64,000 nt of DNA, taken from assembly GCA_907165135.1 (NCBI GenBank), contig OU015567.1, positions 7,316,001 to 7,380,000 on the forward strand. Direction: 5' to 3'. Source of the DNA: Oikopleura dioica (taxonomy: Eukaryota > Animalia > Chordata). The number at the start of each line of letters is the position of its first letter. Position 1 is the first letter of the stretch. Made by a program: the position numbers and the translations under genes. Shown piece after piece: positions 25,317 through 37,000 of this stretch. The notes under the pieces are model-generated. The model saw only the letters and a list, made by a program, of their open reading frames with translations. It was not told where the DNA came from and searched no databases.

Positions 25317-28300
25317 ATGAAATTATTTAAGTTTTTTGCGGGTAATTATCAAGAGATAATATTTATTTGAACGTTAAAAAATAAATTTATAATATAATTT
25401 CAGAAGCTTGCAATATAGAATTGTTATCTTTCTATCATGATATACCTCATACCACACAATCATAAATGACTCCTTCATTCATCATAAAAAACGTTATTCT
25501 TAACAGTTTCTTTTACAGGATTTTCGATGAAGCATTTTGGAATTAAGGAAAAAAATAATTTCAGATTAAATATGAACTTTAAATTCGATAACAAGTGAAG
25601 TGAACCAGGGGGTTAAAAATTTTCAAAATTTTGGGAAAAATTGTTGTTATAGTTTTATTCTTAAAGGATAACCTATATTTAATCAATTACAATTTTTTTG
25701 TTTTTAAGTCTCCTCGGCTGTCGGTGCCACCGAACGACCAGAAACTGATGATGTGTTTATGAACCAATGTCAAGCAGCATACTTGGAAAGCAAAGGTATT
25801 AAGATCGATCAGGAGATGATCATTGAAGACGACTGCGACAAGGAAGGCGAAGAAAATCGTGCTGCCGTCGGGACCGTCACGAGATGGACTAATCTGTGGG
25901 ACCCAGCTGAGAACAAGTTTATCGTTCCATATTACTTCGCAGAGGGTTATGAAGACCTCGTGTTCGGCAAACACACTGGGGCAAGGTCAATGGAGGTAAT
26001 CAACGAAAATGTCGCTCATTTTGAGCGACTTACATGCATCAAGATGAAACTTATCACCGAAGTAGAAAAAGACGACTACACTTCGGTCATAAGGGTCTAT
26101 GGGGATGATCCAAATAAAGAATGCTCATCTGGCATTGGTCGCTCCTTTGGCGATAGTTTTGTCCATATGCGAGCTGATTGCTACACCTGGAACGAGGGCA
26201 CAACGATCAATCACGAGTTCATGCATCGACTCGGATTTCTCCACGAGCATTCACGCGCTGATCGTGATGAACACGTGACTATTCACGCAAATAAGGTTAA
26301 CGATTGGAACTACCGAAAATTGACCTACGGTCCATCGGACATCGGCCAATGGGAGGATCTTAACAGTCCATACGATTTCAACTCGATAATGCACTACTAC
26401 TCTGGGACGCAGCCAGATGGACTTCCAACCATAAGCGTTGCCGGAAATCTGGCAGTCCGCGCTCCTGTTGATCGAACATGGCCAATGTCGGACCAGGATG
26501 CATTCCAACTTAATGCTTACCAAGGCTGTGAAATGAACAACAAGTGTGCTGATGCTGGGCCAAATCGATGCGGAGCACCGTTCCACGTTTGCTTGAACCA
26601 ACCGATCGGTTACGAATGCGTCTGTGTCGTCGGCTTTGAAAGAGTTATTGACGCCGATGGAGTTCAAACTTGTATTCGCAGCCCTGATCCAACATCGGAA
26701 CCAACACCTCCGCCAGCAAAACTCGTACAGGACATGGTGGTGATGATTGATGGAAGTGGCTCATACAGCGGATATAGGGAGGCCACATGCGACGGTCTCA
26801 AGACACTCATCAGAAGAGGAATTGATATAGAAGAAAAACGAAACGAAAAATTCCGTTTCGGTTTTACCCTTTACTCGGATAGAACCTTCATGACAGAAGA
26901 GTTTACAAGAACCTCTAGCAGAGTCTACGATTTAGCAATGCCATTGGTTGACGTTTCGACTTTCGTTAAAGATGATGGAAAGACGATAGATGAAGGAAAA
27001 CTCGACGATGTTAAACAAAGCTGCATAACTCGTCTTGGGAGCATGTACGGCGGAGGTAAGATAGAAATTATCCTTTTGATACCTTATAATACTTTTCAGG
27101 TGATTGGGAAGAGGATGTTCTTTCCGGTGCAATATGGACAAGATCAGCTGATGCGATGAATTGGTCGGAAGATTCTGCGAAATCCATCATTGTAGCAACT
27201 GATGTTCATTATTGGACTCAAGAAAGGGGTCTCACGTGATCAATTGAACATTTTGAATCATACATTATCTGAAAATCGAATCATCTGTAACCCTCTATTA
27301 GAAACGAAAATGCGTGGCATAGTGACACCACCAACCTCCTTATTGCCAGGCCAAGTTCTTAACGATCTCTACATCTTCGGCAACGATCCAAATCAAGAGG
27401 GTGGTCAGTACACTTACTATCCGATGGATCCAGCTGTCGAGTTTCTCTTCTGCTCCGAGTTCCGTCTGGACAAGATATTTATTTCTGTCAAGAGCAGCTG
27501 GCCTGAAGTTTTCGCGGCCTACGATCAACTGAAAATCAATGCTAAGAATCAATGCGAGCGTGGAGAGAGTCTCGAAATCCATCCAGTAACTGGGAGCGTT
27601 GCAACTCAATTCTTGACACTCGCTGAACAGCTTGAGGAGTTCGCAGCGTCCGCTGCTACAGCTGCTGGATCGACGGCAATTAATGAATGCAATCTTGGAA
27701 CTCATGATTGCCATGCCAAGGCGACCTGTACCGACAATTCATCAGGCTATTCTTGTGCATGTAATGATGGCTTCCACGGCGATGGCTTTGTCTGCACGGC
27801 CGTCGATCCATGTGAAACACTCACCTGCGACGGAGCTCACGAATTTTGCCGTAACGGTGCGTGTACTTGCAACGATGGATACGAGATGGTCGATGGAAGC
27901 TGTGTCGATGCTGACGAATGTGCTATCATTGCCTCTTCCAGTACTCTGACTTCACTTGGAGACACTCTTCTCGTCCCGTGCGCCGAGGAGCTACTTGCAA
28001 TAATATCGAAGGATCATACGAGTGTATTTGCGACGGTAAAGGGTGGGAAGAAATCGATGGTGTCTGTGTCAACAAGGACGCTTGGAAACAAATCCAGACT
28101 CAGTACACGATCCGAATGAATAAAGTCAACGGACATCTCGCTGTAAGTAATTCTATTTGTTTCAGAAATGAGTTAGATTTTAATTCAAATTGTCATTTAT
28201 TTAAAGAGATTAATCGACAACCTTGAAAAGACAAGATTTACACGAAATTACATCCGAAAAATGACAAAGAGGATTCAAGTACTCGATGACCATACCAATG

Positions 28301-28560
28301 AAGATAAACTCCGCTGCGACGGCTCTGACGCTCCTGATGATGATGATGAAGAAGCTGAAGATCTCCGAGTTTTTGACGGAACCACAAATTGCAAGCTCGC
28401 CTCTCAAATCAACAGTGCGCTCGTTTCAGCATCCCGAAAATGGGCCTGCACGCGATCCGGCTTCAATAACTCAGCTGCTGACAGACTCGTCCGACATTTT
28501 AACAAACTTCACCGTCAATTCAAAAAACGAATGTGCTCAGACGAGCTACTTGTCTCTTGA
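25317..28560 (+). CDS. Secreted astacin metalloprotease with EGF, VWA and EGF/cbEGF domains; two apparent frameshifts
   Basis: Exon 1 MKLFKFFA (25317-25341) splices to 25709. Zinc motif HEFMHRLGFLHEHSRADRD, Met-turn SIMHY, EGF, VWA (DMVVMIDGSGS...GGGDWEED...IIVATD), cbEGF (INECNLGTHDC). Frame jumps near 27222 and 27987. Confidence 0.88.
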
Positions 28561-29279
28561 GGGTCTATTTTATCGCGCTCTTCCGCTTTTTAACTAGCAT
28601 TCTTGTAAATGCGTCAAGAATCTGCCGAGTTATGATTTTCTCGTTATTTTTTTTTCCTTGATAAAAGTTTTTTTTTACTGTCGACGTCTATTATTCAATA
28701 AAAAGCGTGATGTCATGAAAAAATTAATATGAACAGTAAAAATTTCTCATTTCGATGATTTCCCTCTTTCAGGTTTCCAAATGTAGCAGTCAAACAATGA
28801 AGCAATTACTTTATTTCGATGTAGCACATGAAATATGAAACAGCATACAAAAAAAGAGCTCCTCTTTTCTCGTAAGATTATCTCTAGAATGTCATATTGT
28901 TTTCCATTAATTGTTTAATTGTTAAGTTTTAATTGGTACATTTTATGCAGCTCATGTAGCAGCGTTCAAATATTTATGACAGTGTATATTTATATACAGT
29001 TCAACCTCAAATAACTTCTCTTTTTGTTTAAAAATGATAGGCTTAGAGAAAATAAAAAGAAGGAGACGATTTTCTGTTTTTATATCTAAAATGAACTGAA
29101 TTCTGAGAAATGGCTTGTTTCGTTGTAGTTGTATGAAATCAAGGATGACAAACATTATTGTTTCAGTTTTTTTTTTTTGTATTAATTTTGAGAAAGGAAC
29201 GAAAAACGTAAATTCATGGGAATTCTAACAAAGAAGGATTGATTGAGCTAGCTGGTAATCCGTAGCAAAGATGCAAGGA

Positions 29280-29453
29280 TTAGAAGCTGTTCAAAAATCG
29301 ACGAAGTTTTTTGATGTTGTGGCGCATCGCCTTCTCGCTCTGCCGGTAGCGGATGAATTTGGTCATTGCAGGTGTAACCTTGTAGCGATTGAAGAAGCGA
29401 AACTCCATCGCGAAGGCCGAAGAAAAGATGGAGAAGAGGATAAAGATGTTCAT
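29280..29453 (-). CDS. 57-aa secreted cationic peptide precursor
   Basis: MNIFILFSIFSSAFA + MEFRFFNRYKVTPAMTKFIRYRQSEKAMRHNIKKLRRFLNSF*; clean ATG-to-TAA; below the ORF-track length cutoff. Confidence 0.7.
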   Translation of the reverse strand: MNIFILFSIFSSAFAMEFRFFNRYKVTPAMTKFIRYRQSEKAMRHNIKKLRRFLNSF

Positions 29454-30499
29454 CAGAGAAGAAGAAGCTGTTGTTGTAAGTTTGTGTTCTTGGGAGGAGT
29501 CGATTGATGTGGTTCCATTGAGTTTTTCCGATTATATATTATTTTTTGAGGGCGCTATTTACGCATTGATCTGGTTAGAGCATCACACTTCGGGGCATGT
29601 GAAGAAAATTCTCAAATAAGGAAGCAATACATATTCTTTAAAATCTTACTCCACCATGATATGATTTTCCTTTGCTCGATTTTTTCGGCTAATAACTACT
29701 ATAATAACCAATTTTTTCATGATAAAATTCTACATCAATTTATTCTACTACTCATAAGACTGTCCTTCTCCACGGAATTCTCTAGTAATTCTCTAGCTCT
29801 GGTCTCTCTTCAAAACGCATGATTCTTTCGCCTTTTTCTAGAGAATTCCGTGGAAAGGGACACTCTTACGAGTATTTCGATATATTCTAGGTCATAATTT
29901 CCACAAACAAAGCGTGCTAAGTCCAAAAGTTTCCGGCGCAGGGTATCTTTTTTTTGTCGCTGCTTATCATCTCTGTCTCCACAGGAGATCAGCCTCTGCC
30001 GCGCATACCCGTAGTAGATGTGTTTGATGCTAAATAGTGCTAATAGCACGCGCAAAGAAAATAAAGCCACTCGCCCCGGGGAGCATCACACATCAGATCA
30101 GAGCTTTCTACCCATCTAGGCGAAGCACAAGCGGTGGTTTTGTTGCGGCAAAATTTACCGAAAGCGAACCAAGGTAAAATTGAAAATTGCCAATTTTTGG
30201 AAAGCCGAATTTCCAACGATATAATAACGTCCTTTTCGCCAAATTTGACTCATTTTCAATATAAAAAATAATAAATTTACGAAATTTCGGATTCAAATAA
30301 GCCGTTTTTCACATCAATTATCGATGGAAACTAAAAATTGAAAAAAAAAATTAATAATTTCAGAAGCTGTGCGCGTCAAAACGTAATGGTCGCAAAAGAC
30401 TCCGGTAAAAAGTAAGAAAAGTGTCTCCGTTTATCCATTCCTAAACATGCTTAAAAAAGAGGGAATACGAATCCAATTAATTCGTGGCTTTTGCGCGCG

Positions 30500-32306
30500 A
30501 TGGGGCTGTGTCAGTCGAAGAAGAGGAGTTTGGAGGAAAAGTTAACCGCGAAGAGGTAACAACGTGCATCCATCTTTGAGCGCGATAAATTTTTGAGATT
30601 CACGACTGGCAGGATTGACAAATTTATGGGGTCCTTTCCGCGCCCCATTTTTAGTCTAAAGGGTTGAAACTTTGTTCTAGTGAGCATCTTGACGAGCGAG
30701 AGCTTGTTGAAAGTTGGCTGGATACGCTTCAAAGAGCGCAAAGCGACGATGAGAAATTTATCCTTTACAAAATCCTCGTCGGCTTCTTTGAGAACCGTGG
30801 TCATTTCTGGAACATGGCCGGCTACGCGCAGAAACAATTCGACCTGGTGCGCAACTCAGTGAACAAGGAGCATTTGTTGTGTGGAAGTCTAAACCTCGCG
30901 CGTGCAAAGCTCTTTTTGGGCGATCACTCAGAAGCTGCCAAAATGGCCAACTACGTCAGTACCAGAACACGTTTTTGCCACATTAGCAACTCTATTTTCA
31001 GAGTCTCAGCATGTTGGAAAACATCGACTTGAATGCGGTAAATTATCGGTTCAAGGAAAGAGTTTTTTAATTAATAATAAGACTCATCAGAAAAACCTTC
31101 TCAGAATTTCAAAAATGACCTCTGCGCTGGAACTGGTTAAAATTAAAAAAGCTCTTTTGTTAGGTCGATGCACTACTTACTGCTGGAGGAGCAAATATCG
31201 GATGCTCACGGTACATTCACTCGTCTTACTCATCTATGTATTTTATAGATATTCCATAGCTTTGGGACATCTTGATGCAGCGTTGAGGCTTAGCCATATG
31301 TACTCCGACAAAGTGACTGAAGCTTTAACATGTTGCCTTCTTTCTCAGCTCTATTTCCAGCTGCGGGACGACGGGAAGGGAACATTCTACCCCATGAAGG
31401 TAAAATTCGAAGTTCAAAGCCAAGTTTCAGAGACCAATTTTCAAGGCTGACTCGCTCCTGGCCCGCTTTGGCGAGCAATGGGACGAAAAGTCCAAATGCA
31501 CAATCATGCTGTCGATGGCGTATGCTGAGCGAAAGGTAGGTAAAAAATATCGAGGCGAGGAGAGGGATGAAAAGGCATCTGAAATGATTCTAGAGCAAAA
31601 AGCTTGATTCTGCAATGGCTCGATGCGAGGAAGCGATGGCAATTGCACATGAATCGAATGATAGAGCTACTCAAGCACATACGATTCTCTGCTTTGCGGA
31701 TATTCATCGACAGCGTATGGATAATGATGCTGCTATTCCAAGGTGGAGGAAGTCGTTTTAGCTTGCTTTCAAAAAGTCCTCTAGGTACAAAGCGGCGCTG
31801 AAGATGTTCCAAGACAACGGAGATTCTATGGGAAAACTAAGAGCTCAAATTGGGCTTGCAAAATGCCTTGTCTTCAAAAAAGACCAACGAGAAGCTTCCC
31901 ACTTTTATCAACTCGCTGTTGCTACCTGCCATCAAACTGAAAATAAGGTACCATGAATACAAGACCATTTAATGATCATATCTCCAAGAGCTACGCAATC
32001 AAAATTTACGAAGATCTGATCATCATCGAGACTCACAACAATCTCGTGTCCAATATCGAGCGGTACACATCTTTGCTTCGCCAGGCGTTGAAGGAGATGA
32101 AAGTCAAGTGTGGGGCATGTCTGGGTCTGGAAAAAAGACCAGACTTAATTGAGTAATCATTCCTTTTAGAATACATTGGCGACGAGTCGACTCAATTAGA
32201 GGCACTGAACTGTACTCATTTCTTCCACACGGATTGCGTCCAAGGAGGAATTTCCGTCTGCAGATGTTGCCAGCAGAACGTCCACGATCTAAGGCCCATC
32301 AACTAA
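30500..32306 (+). CDS. RAPSN: Rapsyn-like (43-kDa acetylcholine receptor-associated) protein
   Basis: N-myristoylation start MGLCQSK, TPR repeats (SLNLARA, WRSKYR) and C-terminal RING-H2 (CGAC...LEALNCTHFFHTDC...CRCC). Confidence 0.8.
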
Positions 32307-32649
32307 AAAGCTATTTTCCATGTTCAAATCAAATTTTTACCGCGCATTCGACTGAGCACTGCTTTACAACTTTAAATTCAATAAATTGATAAATCTTTCA
32401 TTGTCCGAGAATTTTCTGTTACAAGCGATAATTCATTATAAAACTCATTATTACTCCAATCGCTGTCAGAAAGTCGGGTTCCAGCCAAAAAGTTATGATG
32501 AGTTCTAAAACGTGGCCAGCGAAGGAGCCGAACCGCGATCGGACAAGTGCGCATCTCATTAGGTCCGGAAGCAGACGTCTCTCTTACTTCATTCTTTGAG
32601 AAGCCATTTTTTATATTCCAATCTATCTTTTTATACGTATTTTTTCACC

Positions 32650-33852
32650 ATGAAAGTCGTGAGTTTCTGGCTCGCCGCGCTCTTGGAAGCGCAGAAAGTA
32701 GATAAAGGACCAACAAGAGGACCTCGCGGAAGAGGGCGAAAACTTCAAGAGCTTCAAGCACTGTATCAATCGCAGCTGAAACAGAATCAATCGAGAATTT
32801 TGGAAAGAGCTTCAGAACTCGAGGAAGACAGCGAGTTATCCAGAGCGCTTTCATTTTCCTTCCTTGAGCAATTTTCCAAGGTAGCCATTTTTCAACCCTT
32901 TTTGGTTCTTATTCCTTCAGTACAAAGCCTGGCGTGAATCAGCCCGAGACTCGAACAACGATTTGTTCATTTCGTTCGATGACAACCGTGATATGATCAT
33001 CCAACAACTCGACCATCACCTGGCAGCTTCTCAAGATTCCCCTTACGACAAGCTTCCGAACTACGACCAGCTCCTGGAGTACGGCTGCTATTGCAACTTG
33101 CTCGATCAAAAGATAACTCAAGGACAAGGAGACCCAGTTGATGAGATTGACGAGGCTTGCCGCGCTTGGAGAAGATGCTCTTATTGTTGAGTTCATAAAA
33201 CATTTTCCGCTTTATAGCAATATTTTAAAACTAGAATGCTGAACTCTAAAAGCACTAGAATCGATGATGTCGACTGCGAGCCACTGCACACTCCCTATCA
33301 GCTTTTCTTTGATTACGAAGCGAACATGTATAACTGCGATAAGAATATTGACAATCCTTGCGCTAGGAAAGGGTCCGGAAAATCTCCAGCTTCATATATA
33401 AATTCATCAATTTTTACCCTGAAATAGAAACGCCTGTTCATGTGATGGAGAGCTGGCCCTGCGGTTAGCAGAGCTCGCGCCTATGTTCGACGAGAGAGTA
33501 TTAACGATCATTACGAAAAATTCTCATAATTCCATTTTCAGTTCAGTAAATCAGGCGGATTCGACAGGAAGCAGTGTCAGTGGAAACTGAGAACAGGACC
33601 AAATCCTCCAGATGAATGCTGTGGAAGCTATCCAAATAGGTAAGAGATCTAAGAAATGCGTGGAGGAAATGCGTAAATGGATCTTGTGTGGGGAAACAAT
33701 TGAATCAATTAATTCTAATTATGCTAAATGATTCGTTAAGATTTCCTTACAACACCAATTTCGGTGACCAGAGATGCTGTAAGAACGATGTATACAGACC
33801 AAATGAGGGACAATGCTGCGTGAAGGGCCGCGTAACGACTTGCTCATTTTGA
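32650..33852 (+). CDS. Secreted phospholipase A2-like protein, probably catalytically inactive
   Basis: Signal peptide; YGCYC Ca-loop-like motif, GQGDPVDEIDEACRAWRRC (W-R in place of catalytic H-D), C-terminal ECCGSYPNR...RCC...QCC. Confidence 0.8.
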
Positions 33853-34047
33853 GCCTTTTTGAGACCTTTTTATACCTTTTTATACACGAAAAATAAAACG
33901 CTTGTGATTTTCATTGATGGAATATTTATTAATTATTGCACAGCAGTGAAAGTTTAAGATGATGAATCTGACGATTGGTAAGGTAAGTTGAGAAGTTAGA
34001 AATCAAGGTAAGTACGCGTCGGGATATAAACATAAAAAGGCTCAATC

Positions 34048-37000
34048 TTATGTAAAGAGCCGTTGGAGGTTATTGGCCTTGTAGTCGGTTCTGAGCTTGA
34101 CGAAATTGTGAAGCACATTCTTGTCCAGATTTGCGAGCTGATCTCCAGTGCAGACTTGTCTGAGATTCTCTGGAACAGCAATCAACAGGTTGCACAAAGC
34201 ATGGAGGGTGTCGAACTTGGAATCAACGAGAACAGAGTTGAGCGATTTTGCGGCAGTTCTGTATTCTTTTATGTCGCAGATGGCCAGCATTCCACCCATG
34301 GAGGAAAATTGGAAAGCTAAAGGAAAATATATGACTTGCAAACTTTTCGAAATAAACCTTGAAGATGGTCATAAATGAGCGTGTAGAATTTTCCACCTAA
34401 GGCAGTTAGGATCATATCAATATTTTCGCCATCAAGATGCTTTTTCATAGAAGAAATGACCTTGTGGAGGTATTCGACTGCTTTTCGACACGCTGGGGTG
34501 GCTTGAGAGGCGAGCTCGTCAGACAGGAAGTCATTCCGTTTTTGCTCAGATTTTAGGATGTTCTTAGCGAAGCCGATTGCCGACGTAATCGTCTTCTCCA
34601 GAGCATTATCCATAGTACTCTCCATCGCGTCTTTCATGGCTTTCCTAGCCTGGACGGCTTCTGCGTGAATAGGACTCTGCGCAGTCAAGGGCAAAAGATC
34701 ATCGTTGAATTGCTTTTCAAACAAGTGCCACACTGTATTTGCTTCTTGGACGAGCAGAAACATGGACATATCTGGCTCTGCCTTTGGCTCAGCAGCTGGC
34801 GCCTGGCTCAGGCCAAGATCAATCGCGTACTGGACCTGGGCTCGGCAAACTGTGCTGTGTAAAAACCTGTCACAGGTCCTGTTTCCTGTTTTTGGGGAAC
34901 CTGTCTGAGTACCTGTGTAAAATCGGGTAATAATTTGGGCCTGTCCTGTGTACCTGTGTAAAATTGGGGGATAAATTTTTCTTTTGCTGTCCCTGTTCCT
35001 GTTTCTGTCTTAAACAGGCCTGTGTTTCCCGCTCAGGTCCTGACCATAGACAGGTTCCTGTGTAACCAGGTCAGGAACTGCATAAGTCAGGGAAAATGTA
35101 TAAAGAAATCAATAGCGAAAGACGAGAAAAAGAGTACAATAATCAAAATTACCGATAAATTCGCGTCTTTTTGTTTCTTTGTAATATTTTTTCTCAGAAA
35201 TTTCCTGTTTTTTTGTCCTGTCACAGGGCCTGTTTCCTGTTTTCTGGCCCGCTCAGACCTGTTCAGGCAGGCCCTGACCTGTGTAACCTGTTTGATAAGC
35301 TGTGTGAAAAAACCTGTCTGAGTACCTGTCTAAAATCAGGATATTTTTGCTTCCTGACCTGTGTACCTGTGTAAAATATGGGACAGAATTTTTTTTTCCT
35401 GTTCCTGTGTCTGTTCCTGACACAGTTTGCCGAGCCCAGGTACTGGACATGTTGCTTGATCAAAAACTCCAAAAGTATGTTGAAAATCTTCAACCCATTC
35501 TCAGCAATCGAATTGGTTGGAGAAAGCATTCCGCAACGTCTAAATGCCGAGTGGGTCTCTTGCAAGACGGAAGCAGCAAGCTCCTCGGAAATTAGAATTT
35601 CAACCTTGCGGTTGTCAGAGCCGAATATTGACCCGACTTTTGATGCCATTTCGGAGCCCAAGCCGCGTTTCTCGTGACCTTGGCGTTCGTAATAACGATC
35701 AAGGAGCTCTTTTGACCTCTTTTTGAGGAACATTTCTTCATCAGAAAGATAACTGTAAATAGAATGCGGACTGTAGAAGATGAGTAATCGTTAGCTAAAC
35801 ACTCAGATACACAAATCCAGCATAGAATGGACATAAAATCACTGAATGGCGTCTCTGAATGTCTGACTAAAGAATTCTCAAGGGTTTCAAACTTTCTCTA
35901 CGGTATGCAAAAATTTGCAATAAAACTAGTCTCATCGGATGAAATCGAATTTGTGATGAGCGAATTCGTCGGCCGCAAATTATGTCCTGCGCGGTGTATT
36001 GCTCCGGGGGACAAAATAAAAATTTATCTTGTCGCATACGCAGCTGAATTATGCCACTTTCCGATTTCCGCTTCAATTTGGCGGTGAGCGACAAAGAGTG
36101 TGATGGATATCGGGGCGCCTTCAGGTGGGCCCCCTTCGATGTTCCATATGAGTTGAGACATGTGTGGTGATAAGAATAACATGGCAATAAATAGAAAACA
36201 GCGCATCCTTTCCTAGAGATAAAGTCGTCGAAGACGGATCGTTGAAGCTTCTTCGTGAATGTCGAATCTTTGTAAGAGTTTTATAGTGTTAGCTGATGAT
36301 ATTTTGTATGAAAATAATAAACTCTTTCCTGATCCAGGTCGGTGTTTACTCAGAGCTGCAGAGAGCGTTGATGTCTTCTCGTACAACTTATGACATTCCG
36401 ATAGATAGAGCTCCAAGTTCTTTCTTTTCAGCGGGTCAAGTTTTCCATGAATGTACTCTCCCAATTGATTGTCGTAGCAGCTCTGGATCAGTTTCCCCAG
36501 CACTTGTTCTGGCGAGTTGAACACCTTCGAAATCTGCGGCGATTTTCCATCGATGAGCTGCGTTATTTGCTCAAAAATACTTTCATCCGCTTCGATTTGC
36601 TTCAGCGCTTCTTCCACATACGCATCCACGCAGAGCTGATAGTTCTGGTAGCGACTGAGTGCAGAGTTTGAAATGCTCGCAAATGCTCGCGAGCGAAAAG
36701 AGCGAGAGCAAAAATTTATCATTGCTCTGAGAGCAGGGGAGCGGGAGCATGAAAATGAGTTGGCTCGAGAGCCAAAAGAGCACGAGCACAAATTTGAACC
36801 CGCTCGCGAGCGCAGAGAGCACGAGCGCATATGTCAGAAATGCTCGGGAGCTAGACGAGCGGGAGCGGCTGCTCTCGTGCTCGCCATGGAATTGACTCAC
36901 GAGCGGCTCGCGAGCAAAATTAAAAGAGTAATTTTTTTGCATAATTATTCACTTTCATAAATAAATTTCTTTGAGGATCTATTTTTGGTGTTTTCGTATG

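Noticed and set aside
35022-35450. Cys/Phe-rich ORFs in the CCTGT repeat region
   Set aside because: Read-through of the MITE interior, not coding.
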